Of a DNA stretch of 64,000 nt, positions 47,350 through 57,610 are shown piece by piece; the stretch's first letter is position 1, and the number at the start of each line of letters is the position of its first letter. The DNA comes from an uncultured Bacteroidota bacterium (GTDB lineage: Bacteria; Bacteroidota; Ignavibacteria; UBA10030; UBA6906): contig CAVOYH010000002.1 in assembly GCA_963700635.1 (NCBI GenBank), positions 64,001 to 128,000 on the forward strand, in the 5' to 3' direction. A program made the translations under genes and the position numbers. The notes beneath the pieces are model-generated. The model did not search any database. It saw only the letters and a list, made by a program, of their open reading frames with translations, and was not told where the DNA came from.

Positions 47350-49653
47350 TCAGGGAATCAGGCCGGTTTCCACATCCATGACCTGTATATCCTTCAGGCG
47401 GGAGTGCGGCAGTACGTTCAGATGCTCAATCTTCCCGGCGCGCACTCTGGCTTCGATGACAGTCTCCCGAGGTGCATGGAGCCGGAAATCTACATCCCAT
47501 CCCCCTGGCCAGGCAGGGAGGAGTAGGATCGTATCTCCCTCATACTGGACCAGCATCCGTTGCAGAGCAATCGCGGCTACTGATCCATGATCCTGGTCCG
47601 GCGTCCAATCGTAGTTCGGACCCCAGAACGCCGGAAACCGGCAGAGGGAGTCCCATGTTGCAAAGTTCTCCGCGACCAGGCGCGCCGACTCTCCGGCAAG
47701 TCCGAGGTACGCGGCCTGGATGGCGTGTTGCGCCCAACCCCCATTCATTGTGTTGATCCGATGCGCGTAGGTGCGCCTCGCAAGGTCAAGGCCCGGCTTA
47801 TCCACGCCATACAATCGAAATGGAAACACGGCATAGAGCTCCGGGTTCTCGATATTTGCCGATGTGCCATACTCAGTTGCGGGGGCAAGGAGTGTGTCGC
47901 CCCGCACTACGTGTGTTGGCAACGGAGGCAATGATGAGAGCAGTTCCTTCCATTGAGCACGCTGGTCAGGCCCGGTGAGATTGTGCGGTAACGCGAACAT
48001 CCGTTCTGCCACCGCGCGGATTCCGGCAATGTCCGGAGCTGGATTTACGACGGCATGGTACGTCTCGAGTGCCTGTGCGGGTTCAAACCGGATGATGCCG
48101 GCTTTGTCGCGAGGCCAATGCCGGTCAAAAAACGTGAGCACCGCGGAAGCAAGCGGCACGAGTGTTTGAGAAACGAATGTTTCGCTCCAATGGAATTCCG
48201 AAAAATCCAGCATCATCAGAGAAAGCTCGAGACCGGCGGTCCAGTAGTATCGAATGTAGGTGTTTGATGTCAGCCCGTCGGGCATTCCGGTTCGTTGTCG
48301 GCCATAGTTTTCGTCTGTGTAGGTACCCCAGAAGTTCATGACCTCTGGAAAAAAAGCCCCGTCGTGGTTGTAGTACCGTTGAGTAGCTCGAGCACGAAGG
48401 GGGAGTACGCTGGAGTACATGTCAAAGAGCGGCTTCATCATGTCGGAATCGCCGGCTTGTAGCATAGACCAGTAGGGGAGGCGCGTATTCTGGAACCAGT
48501 ACGGCCCACCCCACCGGCGGTAGTCAGAGTCAATCCCCCTGGAAGGAGCGTTCCGATCGTACGTGTCGACCGTGAAAAGGGAACCGTTAAACTTGATCGG
48601 CATCGCCCCCCGCCCTCCACAGGCATTGACGAACCGCTGGAGCATGTAGCCGCGCGTTACCGCGGAAGTCACGGCCTCCCGGACTGAATCTGGAGCTGAC
48701 ACAAGGATGCTGCTCCGTTCCCAGAACGTGTTCCACCATGCGCGGTGTGTTTCAAATCTTTTTTCAAGGGGTATGGCAGATATCGTCCGGGCTCGTTCGC
48801 CCACCCCGCCGAGCCACTGTTCTGGAGTATCGTGAATGGAAGTGTGAGGATAGATGGAGATCTGTATGTCTTTCTGCGGATGGGTGGTCTGCAGGACGGT
48901 GTCCGCGACGGCTTCAAGTCCGTTCCCCTCGATTATACCGCCGAATGTCCGTTGGAGCAATGGATCGGATATTGAAATTGTTTCTGCTGCGAGTCCTTGC
49001 AGGGAAAGGTTGTCTTTCCAGACCGATCTCCGGTTTTGGTGAAACCAGGCAAGCCGATTGTTGGTGTGGGGGAGGATCAGATCAGGTTCTACGAACACCG
49101 GGGGACCGTCGGCGCCATGAAGTCCGTAGGCGGATTCGATTTCTTCGGACCGGAGCATTTGCCGGCGATCCTTCCGCCAGAGTTCAAGAGTGAGACGTGC
49201 CGTAACCGGGATGCGGCTTTGAATCTCGCAGATGATGGCCGGATTCAGCGCATCGACCCAGAGTCGGGCACTCATGCTGTGTTCTCCCCGTCCGGCGGAC
49301 AACGTGATACAGCCGTCCCGCAGACTCAATTCCTGGCGGAACGAAGCACTATCTGCAAGCAGAGCGGGGGAGAGCGACACCCGCACTTTGCCAAGCTTCA
49401 GAAGTCGGCCGTTCTCCGACCACGCGTCCGATTTCGCAATATAGAAGAGCAAGTCTCCGTTTTTCTCCACCCAGGCGTTCAGACCGATATCGCCGTTTCC
49501 GAGGGGGACGGAGCCCAGTGAATTCAGGCCGGGAGAATACCAGACGAGGATCTGGTCTCTGGAGGAAAAGACATCCTCCCCTTGTGCCCGGGAGGACCCG
49601 GGAGAGAGAAGCGAGACGGCAACGAGAAGTGCAACGACGAAGGTTCTTGCCAT
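47350..49653 (-). CDS. DUF5703 / GH95-like glycoside hydrolase, exported
   Basis: Signal peptide, 'PLGNGD', 'KSDAW', 'IKFNGS', 'WGG.YWFQNTRL', 'ENPELY', 'WTPDQDHG', 'LLPAWP'. Confidence 0.8.
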   Translation of the reverse strand: MARTFVVALLVAVSLLSPGSSRAQGEDVFSSRDQILVWYSPGLNSLGSVPLGNGDIGLNAWVEKNGDLLFYIAKSDAWSENGRLLKLGKVRVSLSPALLADSASFRQELSLRDGCITLSAGRGEHSMSARLWVDALNPAIICEIQSRIPVTARLTLELWRKDRRQMLRSEEIESAYGLHGADGPPVFVEPDLILPHTNNRLAWFHQNRRSVWKDNLSLQGLAAETISISDPLLQRTFGGIIEGNGLEAVADTVLQTTHPQKDIQISIYPHTSIHDTPEQWLGGVGERARTISAIPLEKRFETHRAWWNTFWERSSILVSAPDSVREAVTSAVTRGYMLQRFVNACGGRGAMPIKFNGSLFTVDTYDRNAPSRGIDSDYRRWGGPYWFQNTRLPYWSMLQAGDSDMMKPLFDMYSSVLPLRARATQRYYNHDGAFFPEVMNFWGTYTDENYGRQRTGMPDGLTSNTYIRYYWTAGLELSLMMLDFSEFHWSETFVSQTLVPLASAVLTFFDRHWPRDKAGIIRFEPAQALETYHAVVNPAPDIAGIRAVAERMFALPHNLTGPDQRAQWKELLSSLPPLPTHVVRGDTLLAPATEYGTSANIENPELYAVFPFRLYGVDKPGLDLARRTYAHRINTMNGGWAQHAIQAAYLGLAGESARLVAENFATWDSLCRFPAFWGPNYDWTPDQDHGSVAAIALQRMLVQYEGDTILLLPAWPGGWDVDFRLHAPRETVIEARVRAGKIEHLNVLPHSRLKDIQVMDVETGLIP

Positions 49654-49707
49654 AGAATGATCTGCAAAGGTGAACGTTGTACCCGCTTGTGGCTACGACC
49701 GGGCTCC

Positions 49708-51195
49708 TCAGCGGTTGACCGGCTTATCCATTCGCACCGTGACCTTTGTCCAGCCCTTGTCACCGGCCTTGACGTTGTCCAACAGCACCGTCCGGTATCC
49801 CGGCCTGGATACGATAACGGAATGTGAACCGGGCCTCAAGAGTCGGTACAGCACACCGGTTTGCGGGTGACTTGTACGGCGGGCGATGTCTTCGGTTTCG
49901 ATTGCAGGGAACCACACAGTTGCTTCGAGCGGGGAGCCTGTCTTCGCATCCACGACGCGTATGACAAGACCGGGTCCTTCAGTGCGATTGAGCATATAGC
50001 GGATACCTTTGAGATTCGCCCGCACGATTCCATCGACTTCATAGGGAGGGAATATGCCGGCACCTTTACCCGTTTCCACCACAAAATCGAAAGTGCCGAG
50101 GGTTCCGTAGAGCCAGGGGTAGGATTGTCCGACAAGCCCTGCTCCATATTCTGCTTTGTAGGAGGTATCTCCACGCATGGTCGGAATACTGCCGGCGAGT
50201 CCATGTGCAATGTCCGTCAGGAGAACATCATCGGGGGCTTTGCGCCCCGCCCAATTCCAGGGGTAGAAGATGACCTCACCCTGACTATGGTAGGTCAGGG
50301 AGAGAAGGAATCGTTTTGACCGGGCGAGATCGGCAAGGGCCCGGGGTTCTGATTCGGAAAACGGGAACGCCCCGCGGTACCGGCCGCTTGTCGGATCTCC
50401 GCTGCCGCCGTGCGCCCAGTTAAAGTCGTAATTCCGGTTAAGGTCGATTCCATCCGGATAATTCAGAACCCCGTTGGAGTCTGTGTCGCGGGTGTTTTTC
50501 CGCCATCGTGGATCCCGGCCGGAGGTGACCACATCATGGCCGTCAACGTTGAGCACCGGGATGATGTAGATCTGAACGTTGTTCACCCATCGGGTGATAT
50601 CGGGATCCTTGCCGTACTGTTCCACGAGTTCATGGAGCGCGGCCATGCATATCTCTGCGCCGAGGACTTCATTACTATGGTGGCACCCGTTGATGAGCAT
50701 GGCCGGACGGTCATCGTCTTTTTTGACGTTTCGGGAGACTTTTACCGCGTAGATGGGTTGTTGAGTCCGCGATGTGGCACCTATCTGGAACCGATGCACC
50801 AGGTCCGGGAAGGCCTTTTGCAGTGACTCTACCTCTCGAAGAATATCGCTGTACGTATGGTATGGTTTCTCGAGCTTGAATGTCGGTCCGTACACTGCCC
50901 GGCGGATAAGCGTCAGCTCGCTGGAATCCTCCATGACCGTTTCGCATTGGAGGCCCCTCTCGCGAAGGAGATTCAACTCTGCGGGAGTAACGAGGATGAG
51001 CGCCGTATCACGGACCATGGAGACGATGCTCCGGGATTCATATTCATCGAACGTCAGGATACCCTGTTTGAAAAGAACCTCCGGTTTAACGTTGTCGATG
51101 CGGATGAGGATCGTCCGCCGGCGGTCCGTTTGTGCAAAGAGCATCGAAATGAAGAGGAATGGCAGTAGAACGGTAAGGAAGCGCAATGTCCGCAT
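49708..51195 (-). CDS. M14 zinc carboxypeptidase with C-terminal beta-sandwich
   Basis: 'HHSNE' (HxxE), 'NVDG', 'WRKN', 'DLNRN', 'SESE', 'YHS', catalytic E in 'VVET'. Confidence 0.9.
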   Translation of the reverse strand: MRTLRFLTVLLPFLFISMLFAQTDRRRTILIRIDNVKPEVLFKQGILTFDEYESRSIVSMVRDTALILVTPAELNLLRERGLQCETVMEDSSELTLIRRAVYGPTFKLEKPYHTYSDILREVESLQKAFPDLVHRFQIGATSRTQQPIYAVKVSRNVKKDDDRPAMLINGCHHSNEVLGAEICMAALHELVEQYGKDPDITRWVNNVQIYIIPVLNVDGHDVVTSGRDPRWRKNTRDTDSNGVLNYPDGIDLNRNYDFNWAHGGSGDPTSGRYRGAFPFSESEPRALADLARSKRFLLSLTYHSQGEVIFYPWNWAGRKAPDDVLLTDIAHGLAGSIPTMRGDTSYKAEYGAGLVGQSYPWLYGTLGTFDFVVETGKGAGIFPPYEVDGIVRANLKGIRYMLNRTEGPGLVIRVVDAKTGSPLEATVWFPAIETEDIARRTSHPQTGVLYRLLRPGSHSVIVSRPGYRTVLLDNVKAGDKGWTKVTVRMDKPVNR

Positions 51196-51357
51196 GGAGT
51201 CCACCGTGGAATAATGACAGGGGAACGAGCTTCCGGAAGTGATAACCGGGATTGAGCGATCGGGCTCGTCCACAACATATTCATGATTGATGAGAGAATC
51301 AAACCGAGATGCTCCGTTTTATGATAGAGGAGAACCGTGCGGTGGGGGGTGATTGGC

Positions 51358-51386
51358 TTGACAATGGGTGGGTAAAATGTTATATT
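51358..51386 (+). promoter_or_regulatory. Strong promoter of tRNA-fMet
   Basis: TTGACA-N17-TATATT with extended -10 TG. Confidence 0.8.
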
Positions 51387-51402
51387 AAAATGCTGTCATG
51401 AT

Positions 51403-51475
<73 letters not shown>

Positions 51476-51488
51476 CTACACATACAAG

Positions 51489-51542
51489 TACCCGATGGAA
51501 CAAACAGAGCACTCTAGGCCTGTTTCACCATCGGGTATTTTT
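51489..51542 (+). terminator. Rho-independent terminator after the tRNA
   Basis: TACCCGATGG…AAACAG…CTGTTT…CCATCGGGTA followed by TTTTT. Confidence 0.7.
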
Positions 51543-51574
51543 CTTGGGTGAAAAGAGAACCACACGGAGACCTT

Positions 51575-53044
51575 ATGATACGATCACGAATTTTTGTACG
51601 CATGGCGACAATGTTGGTAGCCGGACTGCTGGTGTTCGGTACTGCCGGCGCTCAGGATGTCAAAAAGGAGTTGTTTGACGAGACTGACAATCTGGTGCGG
51701 CAGGCAAAGGAAAAGAACGCCCATCTGTACTCCCCGGGCGCATATAAAAAGGCGATGGAGTACTACAATGATGCCGATTCGGATTACAAGAAGGGGCGCA
51801 ACCTGGAAGATATCCGTTCAAAGCTCAAGGGAACCCGCGCGTTTCTTCACAAGGCGATGGAAGGCGTCAAAATGGGCGAGGTGACCTTCTCCGCGACCAT
51901 GGCCGCGCGAAGCGATGCCCTGAGCGCGGAGGCAAGGACGTTTTCGGCCGCCACCTGGAAAAAGGCTGAAGAACAGTTTACCTCCGCTGCGGAGCAACTG
52001 GAGGACGGCGATGTGAATGATGCAAAATCGGAGGCCGGTGAAGCGGAGGGCCTTTATCGGGCTGCGGAACTTGAAGCCATCAAAGGCAACTATCTGAATC
52101 CGGCACACGCTCTCCTGAAGCGCGCGGAGGATCTGGGCGTTGATGATACAGCGCCAAAGACGATTGCGAAGGCCAAACAGCTTGCGCTGAGCGCTGAAGC
52201 TCTGTTGCAACAGAACCGGTACGATACGGATGAGGCCCGGCAGATGGCGCAGGAAGCAAAATATGAAGCGGCGCATGCAATCTACCTCCACAAGACCTTC
52301 ACCGCAATGGACAAGGCGGACAAGGGCCTTGAGGATCTCCGGCTGGCTTCCGAGAAGACCATGCAGCGAATCTCCGGAAGTCTCGACTTGCTCGCGCGAT
52401 TTGATAACGGCCTTGACGATGAGGCCGATCGGATCATCAAGGAACTCAAAACGCGGGAGAATAAGAGCGCTGATCAGGCCAGAACAATTGCGAGCCTGAC
52501 CGATCAACACAACACCCTGAAGCGGCAGGTTGAAGCCATGACAAGCCGGCTCGGGACCCTGACGAAGGCGGAGAAGGATCTTCAGGAAGACCTGACACGG
52601 AAGCGTGAGGAGGATGCGCGCATTGCGGAGGTCAGCAACCTCTTCAGCGACGCCGAAGGAAAGGTTCTGCGCGATGACCAGAACATTATTACCCGTCTTT
52701 ACGGACTCTCGTTTGCTGTCGGCAAGAGCGAGATTGAGCCGCAGCACTTCTCACTCCTGACAAAAGTCCAGCAGGCGATCAAAAGTTTCCCGGGATGCCA
52801 GGTCGTCATCGAGGGACATACGGATTCGCAGGGAAGTGACGCGGTCAATCAGCGCCTGTCAGAAGAGCGCGCACGCGCAGTGGAGGAGTATCTCCGCGCG
52901 AATATGGGGTCGAGCCTGGTAGTTTCCTCTTCTGGCTACGGCGAAAGCCGGCCGATCGCCAGCAACGATACCGTCGAGGGCAGGGCAAAGAACCGGCGGA
53001 TCGATGTTGTCATTGTTCCCGCATACTCACTCATGAACAAGTAG
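51575..53044 (+). CDS. OmpA-family peptidoglycan-binding protein with long alpha-helical N-terminal region
   Basis: Signal peptide, Ala/Glu/Lys-rich helices and coiled coil, C-terminal 'EGHTDSQG', 'NQRLSEERA', 'NRRIDV'. Confidence 0.9.
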   Translation: MIRSRIFVRMATMLVAGLLVFGTAGAQDVKKELFDETDNLVRQAKEKNAHLYSPGAYKKAMEYYNDADSDYKKGRNLEDIRSKLKGTRAFLHKAMEGVKMGEVTFSATMAARSDALSAEARTFSAATWKKAEEQFTSAAEQLEDGDVNDAKSEAGEAEGLYRAAELEAIKGNYLNPAHALLKRAEDLGVDDTAPKTIAKAKQLALSAEALLQQNRYDTDEARQMAQEAKYEAAHAIYLHKTFTAMDKADKGLEDLRLASEKTMQRISGSLDLLARFDNGLDDEADRIIKELKTRENKSADQARTIASLTDQHNTLKRQVEAMTSRLGTLTKAEKDLQEDLTRKREEDARIAEVSNLFSDAEGKVLRDDQNIITRLYGLSFAVGKSEIEPQHFSLLTKVQQAIKSFPGCQVVIEGHTDSQGSDAVNQRLSEERARAVEEYLRANMGSSLVVSSSGYGESRPIASNDTVEGRAKNRRIDVVIVPAYSLMNK

Positions 53045-53078
53045 AAAACATCGGGATAGCTTCCAGGAAGGACGGACG

Positions 53079-53114
53079 ATGATGGAGGGACCCTTGAGTC
53101 CCTCCATCATTTTT
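53079..53114 (+). terminator. Rho-independent terminator (target site of the group II intron)
   Basis: ATGATGGAGGGAC-N6-GTCCCTCCATCAT-TTTT. Confidence 0.88.
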
Positions 53115-54630
53115 GTGTTGTGAGGAGCGAGGCAAAACGCTGGCCTGACGAACAGGAAGCACATACGAGGCGACCGTAGCGGATGAGAAGGCCAATATCT
53201 TCAAAGTCCAATACCTGCACGGCAGCTACGGGCGTAGATGTGACAGGCATAAGCGGGAAAGTGGGTGCGCATTACCCGGGGAGATCTGCTCTCTGGCCAT
53301 GAGCTACCGTCGTTGCAAGGCGATGGGAGAGGAGAGCAGAAGTCAGCAAAGGGCATAGTAGGTCATGCGACCAGTGGCTGAAGGCCCGAACATAAAGAGG
53401 AAGGCAAGATCCTTCCCTTTCGATGACGCAGGAGACGCAGACAGTATGACTGAGAAGTCCGAGGCCGACTATCGCAATACTCGCCGGAAGCGGGGTGAGC
53501 GGAGTGCTGGCGCGTCAAACGTCACGGCAAGGGAAGAAACGTCGAGCCCAGAGGGGACGGCGCTCATGGAGGCAGTAGTCGCGCGGAAGAACATGACGCG
53601 GGCGTATGCCCGCGTGATACAGAATAAGGGAGCGGCTGGAGCGGATGCGATGACGGTGGAGGAGCTGCAACCGTATCTGCGAGATCACTGGGAAGGCATT
53701 AAGAAGGAACTGCTGGAAGGGAGCTACAGACCACAGGCAGTACGGAAGGTGGAAATCCCCAAGCCCGGAGGCGGCACAAGGATGCTTGGGATACCGACCG
53801 TTGTGGACCGTCTCATCCAGCAGGCGCTGCATCAGGTGATGACGGCAATCTTTGACAGACACTTTTCCACGTCGAGCTATGGCTTCCGCGAGGGCAGAAG
53901 CGCGCACCAGGCGGTAACACAGGCGCGACGCCACGTGGCAGAAGGGAAGCGGTGGGTTGTAGACATCGACTTGGAAAAGTTCTTCGACCGTGTCAACCAC
54001 GACGTGTTGATGTCGAGAGTAGCCCGCCGGGTACAGGACAAGCGCGTGCTCAGGGTGATACGGCGCTATCTGCAAGCGGGGATGATGTCCGATGGGATAG
54101 TGGCAGTGCGCACGGAGGGGACACCGCAAGGAGGTCCACTCTCACCGCTGTTGTCGAACATTCTGCTGGACGATCTGGACAAGGAACTGGAGAGACGCGG
54201 TCACGCGTTCTGCCGGTATGCCGACGACTGCAACGTATACGTGCGGTCACGGATAGCCGGAGAGCGTGTCATGACTTCGCTGAAACAGTTCCTTGACAAG
54301 CATCTCCGATTACGGGTCAACGAAGCGAAGAGCGCTGTCGGACGTCCATGGCAACGGACGTTCCTTGGCTACTCCATGACCGTCCATCGGAAACCGAGGC
54401 TGACTGTGGCCGCGAGTTCACGAGATAGGCTCAAGGAGAAGGTCCGGGAACTCTTGCGCCGGGGGCGTGGACAGAGCGTTGGGCAGGTCATCAAGGAACT
54501 CCAGCCACTTCTTCGGGGCTGGATCGCGTACTTCAAGCTTGCGGAGGCAAGGAAAACCTTCGAGGAACTCGATGGATGGATACGGCGGAAGCTGCGCTGT
54601 GTGTTATGGCGGCAGTGGAAGCGGGTCTAC
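53115..54630 (+). mobile_element. Class C group II intron remnant (5' domain I deletion, 3' truncated)
   Basis: Starts GTGT right after the terminator T tract. IIC-like RNA motifs GGCAAA, GAACA.GAA, GGATGAG, CAAAGTCC, GGGAAAG, TTACCCGGGGAGATCT, AGAAGTCAGC…CATAGTA…GAAGGCCCGAAC. No DV/DVI seen. Confidence 0.85.
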
Positions 54631-54699
54631 CCACCTGCTAAACGTAACCTCGATATCAATGACGGTTGGCATCAACTGCATCCCGACACACCCCCATGA
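53365..54699 (+). pseudogene. ltrA: Group II intron reverse transcriptase/maturase, C-terminally truncated
   Basis: 'NKGAAGAD', 'IPKPGG..R.LGIP…DR.IQQA', 'SYGFR', 'DLEKFFD', 'GTPQGGPLSPLL', 'RYADD', 'LRGWI.YF', 'WRQWK'. Similarity lost after ~54630. True start may be 53446 or 53566. Confidence 0.9.
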
Positions 54700-54786
54700 A
54701 CTCTGCAGCCTCTCCTCGTGTTGTACTGTTTTCTGCATGTCTCTACTGAGTGGCTTCGCCTCCAGGATGGTATGTCATTTTGAAAA

Positions 54787-56079
54787 TTAAAAGAACACTC
54801 TCATCCACACTTCAACTTTCTGTTGAAACGATTTACTGCCATACTCCGTATTCCCACCTCCTGTTATAAGAGTGGACCAGAGGATGAACTCAGCGTTGGT
54901 CACGGGCTTGTAGCTCACGGTCATAGACAGTAGGACACTCCGGTCAGCAAGGTTATAGATTGTAAACAGCGACGGCGTAAAGTACAATAGATCGAATGGC
55001 TCGGGCTTGGTCAACTTGAGATACAAATAATCCTTCATCAAGTTGCTGGCGCGAAAATACGTTTGGTTCACCTTAGCCACTTGCTGAAGTCGTATCGGGT
55101 CATTGTCCTGTGTGCCCGAGGTGAGAAATCTGTGGTACGAGTCAAACTCGGAGGCGCTCAATCCGATGTCGTTGTGGTAGTACTCGACAATGAGCGTGGC
55201 GTTTGATTCGTGCAAGTATCGAATGCCTGCGAGATATGAAGCGCCATTGACGGAACCCGACGCGAGGGCATTGTCCCTGATAGTGAACCGCTCAACATTC
55301 ACATTGTAGCTCAGCTCACCATGCACTTCCAGATTGTCGGAAAGGTTCCGAGCGATATCCATCCCCACGCGCCTGGGGTTTCGAATACTATAGAAACCCA
55401 TCATGTCAATATCGGTGTCCCATAGAAGGAAGGAGGTTTTGAGTGCAAGATCGGTGTGTTTCAGCTCACCAAACCGAGAGGTTGTGTTGCCGGATGAAGG
55501 TATGACAACGAAGATGAATGATATGTTCTGCAGTGCTTCGGAAGAGAAACTTTTCACATATTCGACATTTGCAGAGAGCACACCTGCCTGCGCAAGCTCC
55601 GGATTTTCCGGGTCTTTCAATGGGTTGACGTAGCCTACGGGATTGAACGCGTATCCCTTTCCCCAATTGTACAATCGTTTTCCCGCTTGCACGGTTGTAT
55701 TGAATGATGGATTGATATTGCCGTACGCCTCGAACATGTCCACTGATGCGTCAGCATCGCTGAAGTATGTTGCATGAGTCCTCAGGAAAACGCCAAGGTC
55801 GCTTGTCCTGTATTCAGCATTCAGGTATGGTTCAAAACGATATTGTGCAAGCAACGATGTCGAGGGTTTGTCCACAGGGAATTGCAGCATGTATACTGGA
55901 GAGTTATCGCGCATGTGGAAGAGTGTGTACTTCACGTCGAGATTGCCGCTCCAGTCGATCGTCTTTTCTGGAGGAGGCGTCAGTACCTCATCTTGCGAAG
56001 ACGATATGGTTGGGACAGTCAACAACATCAATACGAATAGAATGAGCGCCTTCTTCGTAACAGTGTGTCGTGTCATCAT
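54787..56079 (-). CDS. Outer-membrane beta-barrel protein associated with the LolA-like ABC cassette
   Basis: Signal peptide, 'AGK…WGKGYAFNP', 'EYYHN', terminal Phe. Confidence 0.78.
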   Translation of the reverse strand: MMTRHTVTKKALILFVLMLLTVPTISSSQDEVLTPPPEKTIDWSGNLDVKYTLFHMRDNSPVYMLQFPVDKPSTSLLAQYRFEPYLNAEYRTSDLGVFLRTHATYFSDADASVDMFEAYGNINPSFNTTVQAGKRLYNWGKGYAFNPVGYVNPLKDPENPELAQAGVLSANVEYVKSFSSEALQNISFIFVVIPSSGNTTSRFGELKHTDLALKTSFLLWDTDIDMMGFYSIRNPRRVGMDIARNLSDNLEVHGELSYNVNVERFTIRDNALASGSVNGASYLAGIRYLHESNATLIVEYYHNDIGLSASEFDSYHRFLTSGTQDNDPIRLQQVAKVNQTYFRASNLMKDYLYLKLTKPEPFDLLYFTPSLFTIYNLADRSVLLSMTVSYKPVTNAEFILWSTLITGGGNTEYGSKSFQQKVEVWMRVFF

Positions 56080-56085
56080 CAGTAT

Positions 56086-56609
56086 CTACCACTCCCATAA
56101 TATTGCGAGTATCCGCACCTCCGTGTTAGGGAGAAACAAATCTTTCCAACGCACATTCTCGTCCCTCAAGAGCGGATGGAGCACCCCCCCCCGCCTCCTA
56201 TCACCAGAAAGTCTATCCCATGCCCCTGAAAATGTTCGAACGCATGAGCGTGCCCACTGAGAAACACTTTGCAATAGGTATCCATCTTTTGCCATTCGGC
56301 TTCACTAGATCCTATTGTAGTTACATCGCCAAGATGAAAAAGGGCCGCAACGTCGCGCTCCTGGACAAGCGCGTTAAAAATCGCTGCTGTGGCCTCTTCA
56401 TTCCGGTCGCTCTGTAACCTGATCGTTTCAATCCAGAGTGGATCTTGTGTGTCGCTGACAAAGGCAAGGACGGTTTTGGATGCTTCGGGCGCACGTGGTG
56501 CCGTTGCCGAGGAGTCGAGACTGTTGTAGGAATCAAACGCCGGGACTGCACCGCCGAGAAGAAGAAACTTCAGATGGAACAGAGTGTGTGCGATCAGGAA
56601 AATGGTCAC
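56086..56609 (-). pseudogene. Calcineurin-like metallophosphoesterase pseudogene
   Basis: Motif I 'SDTQ' and II 'LGD' join almost directly to motif V 'SGHAH', so GNH/HH are missing. Frameshift at the C9 run 56184-56192. Confidence 0.75.
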
Positions 56610-57334
56610 CGCAATTCTCCAAGTCGCTTCATGTACGTAAGCGTAAACACTTCATCGGGGAATTGCCGCTTCGTAATGGTCTGATAAATCATGAGCGATC
56701 TGAAGCCTTTGTACAGCGGACTGTACGTTTCAATGACAGAAGGGCGAGTCAGTCCGCCCCCGAAGTGCTTATCTTCTTTGAATTCCAATGTCTTGATGAG
56801 CATGCCGCTTGCAGAGTATGCCTCCACCTTGCGGAGTATCTTTTTATCTTTTGTAATCCACATCTTCAGGCGGTCGTACGCCACTCTTTTGTTCTTCGCT
56901 TTCAAGTCGAGGAGATACTCTTTGTCTGTTCCCTCGGAATATGTGGCGTCGTACTCCGTCGAATATTCTAACTGCATAATGTCCGCATTATTGAAAACGC
57001 CCCCCACAACGGACTGCAGGCTCGTGATGCGTATGGGCCTGTTCGCGCTCGGGATGAAGAGCCACATGTTCTCGCCGAGACGAAGCGTCGAACGGCCCTT
57101 TTCACTTGCAGGCAAAAGATACAACATCGCAATCTTGTCTTTCCCTTTCTTCACGGTGTAGAATGTGAACTCTTTCTTCGATCCGTCAGGTTCTTCATTG
57201 ATGAGTTTGCGATTTGCCTCATACGATTCGGGCATGAGATTGTCGTCAACTTCCTTCAAGAGCTTGTTGGCGTCCTGTGCCGTGACAGTAAGAGCAAACA
57301 ACACCGTGAGGATGTATACTGATAGACTTTTCAT
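56606..57334 (-). CDS. Outer-membrane lipoprotein-sorting protein (LolA-like)
   Basis: Signal peptide, 'P.SEKGR.TL…NMWLFIP', 'FNNADI', 'VAYD', 'FT..YM'. Confidence 0.85.
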   Translation of the reverse strand: MKSLSVYILTVLFALTVTAQDANKLLKEVDDNLMPESYEANRKLINEEPDGSKKEFTFYTVKKGKDKIAMLYLLPASEKGRSTLRLGENMWLFIPSANRPIRITSLQSVVGGVFNNADIMQLEYSTEYDATYSEGTDKEYLLDLKAKNKRVAYDRLKMWITKDKKILRKVEAYSASGMLIKTLEFKEDKHFGGGLTRPSVIETYSPLYKGFRSLMIYQTITKRQFPDEVFTLTYMKRLGELR

Positions 57335-57610
57335 ATCTTTCTTACCTCTCGTATTCTGGTACTTGGCCCTTAGATTCTCTTCGATGATGATCTTCTTCGA
57401 AGAGTATGACATGGAAAAGTCTTGCGTTGGCGCAGTCAATACCTTCAATCAGGTTGATGACGCCGCATCCGCTTCCATCTACGTTGACAGAAGTCGTTAC
57501 GTAGTTCTGCATCGTTTCTCATCCCGCCGTTGAGATTGTTTCAGCTCAAAAAGGGAATCATGCAATGATGCGATAGCAGATTGTATGAGCATCCTGATAG
57601 ACGACATGGT

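Noticed and set aside
51818-52747. 309-aa ORF antisense to the OmpA-family gene
   Set aside because: Shadow ORF.
53365-54699. RT as a retron, DGR, Abi or CRISPR-associated RT
   Set aside because: Sequence and upstream RNA motifs are typical of class C group II introns; no msr/msd, TR/VR or cas context seen.
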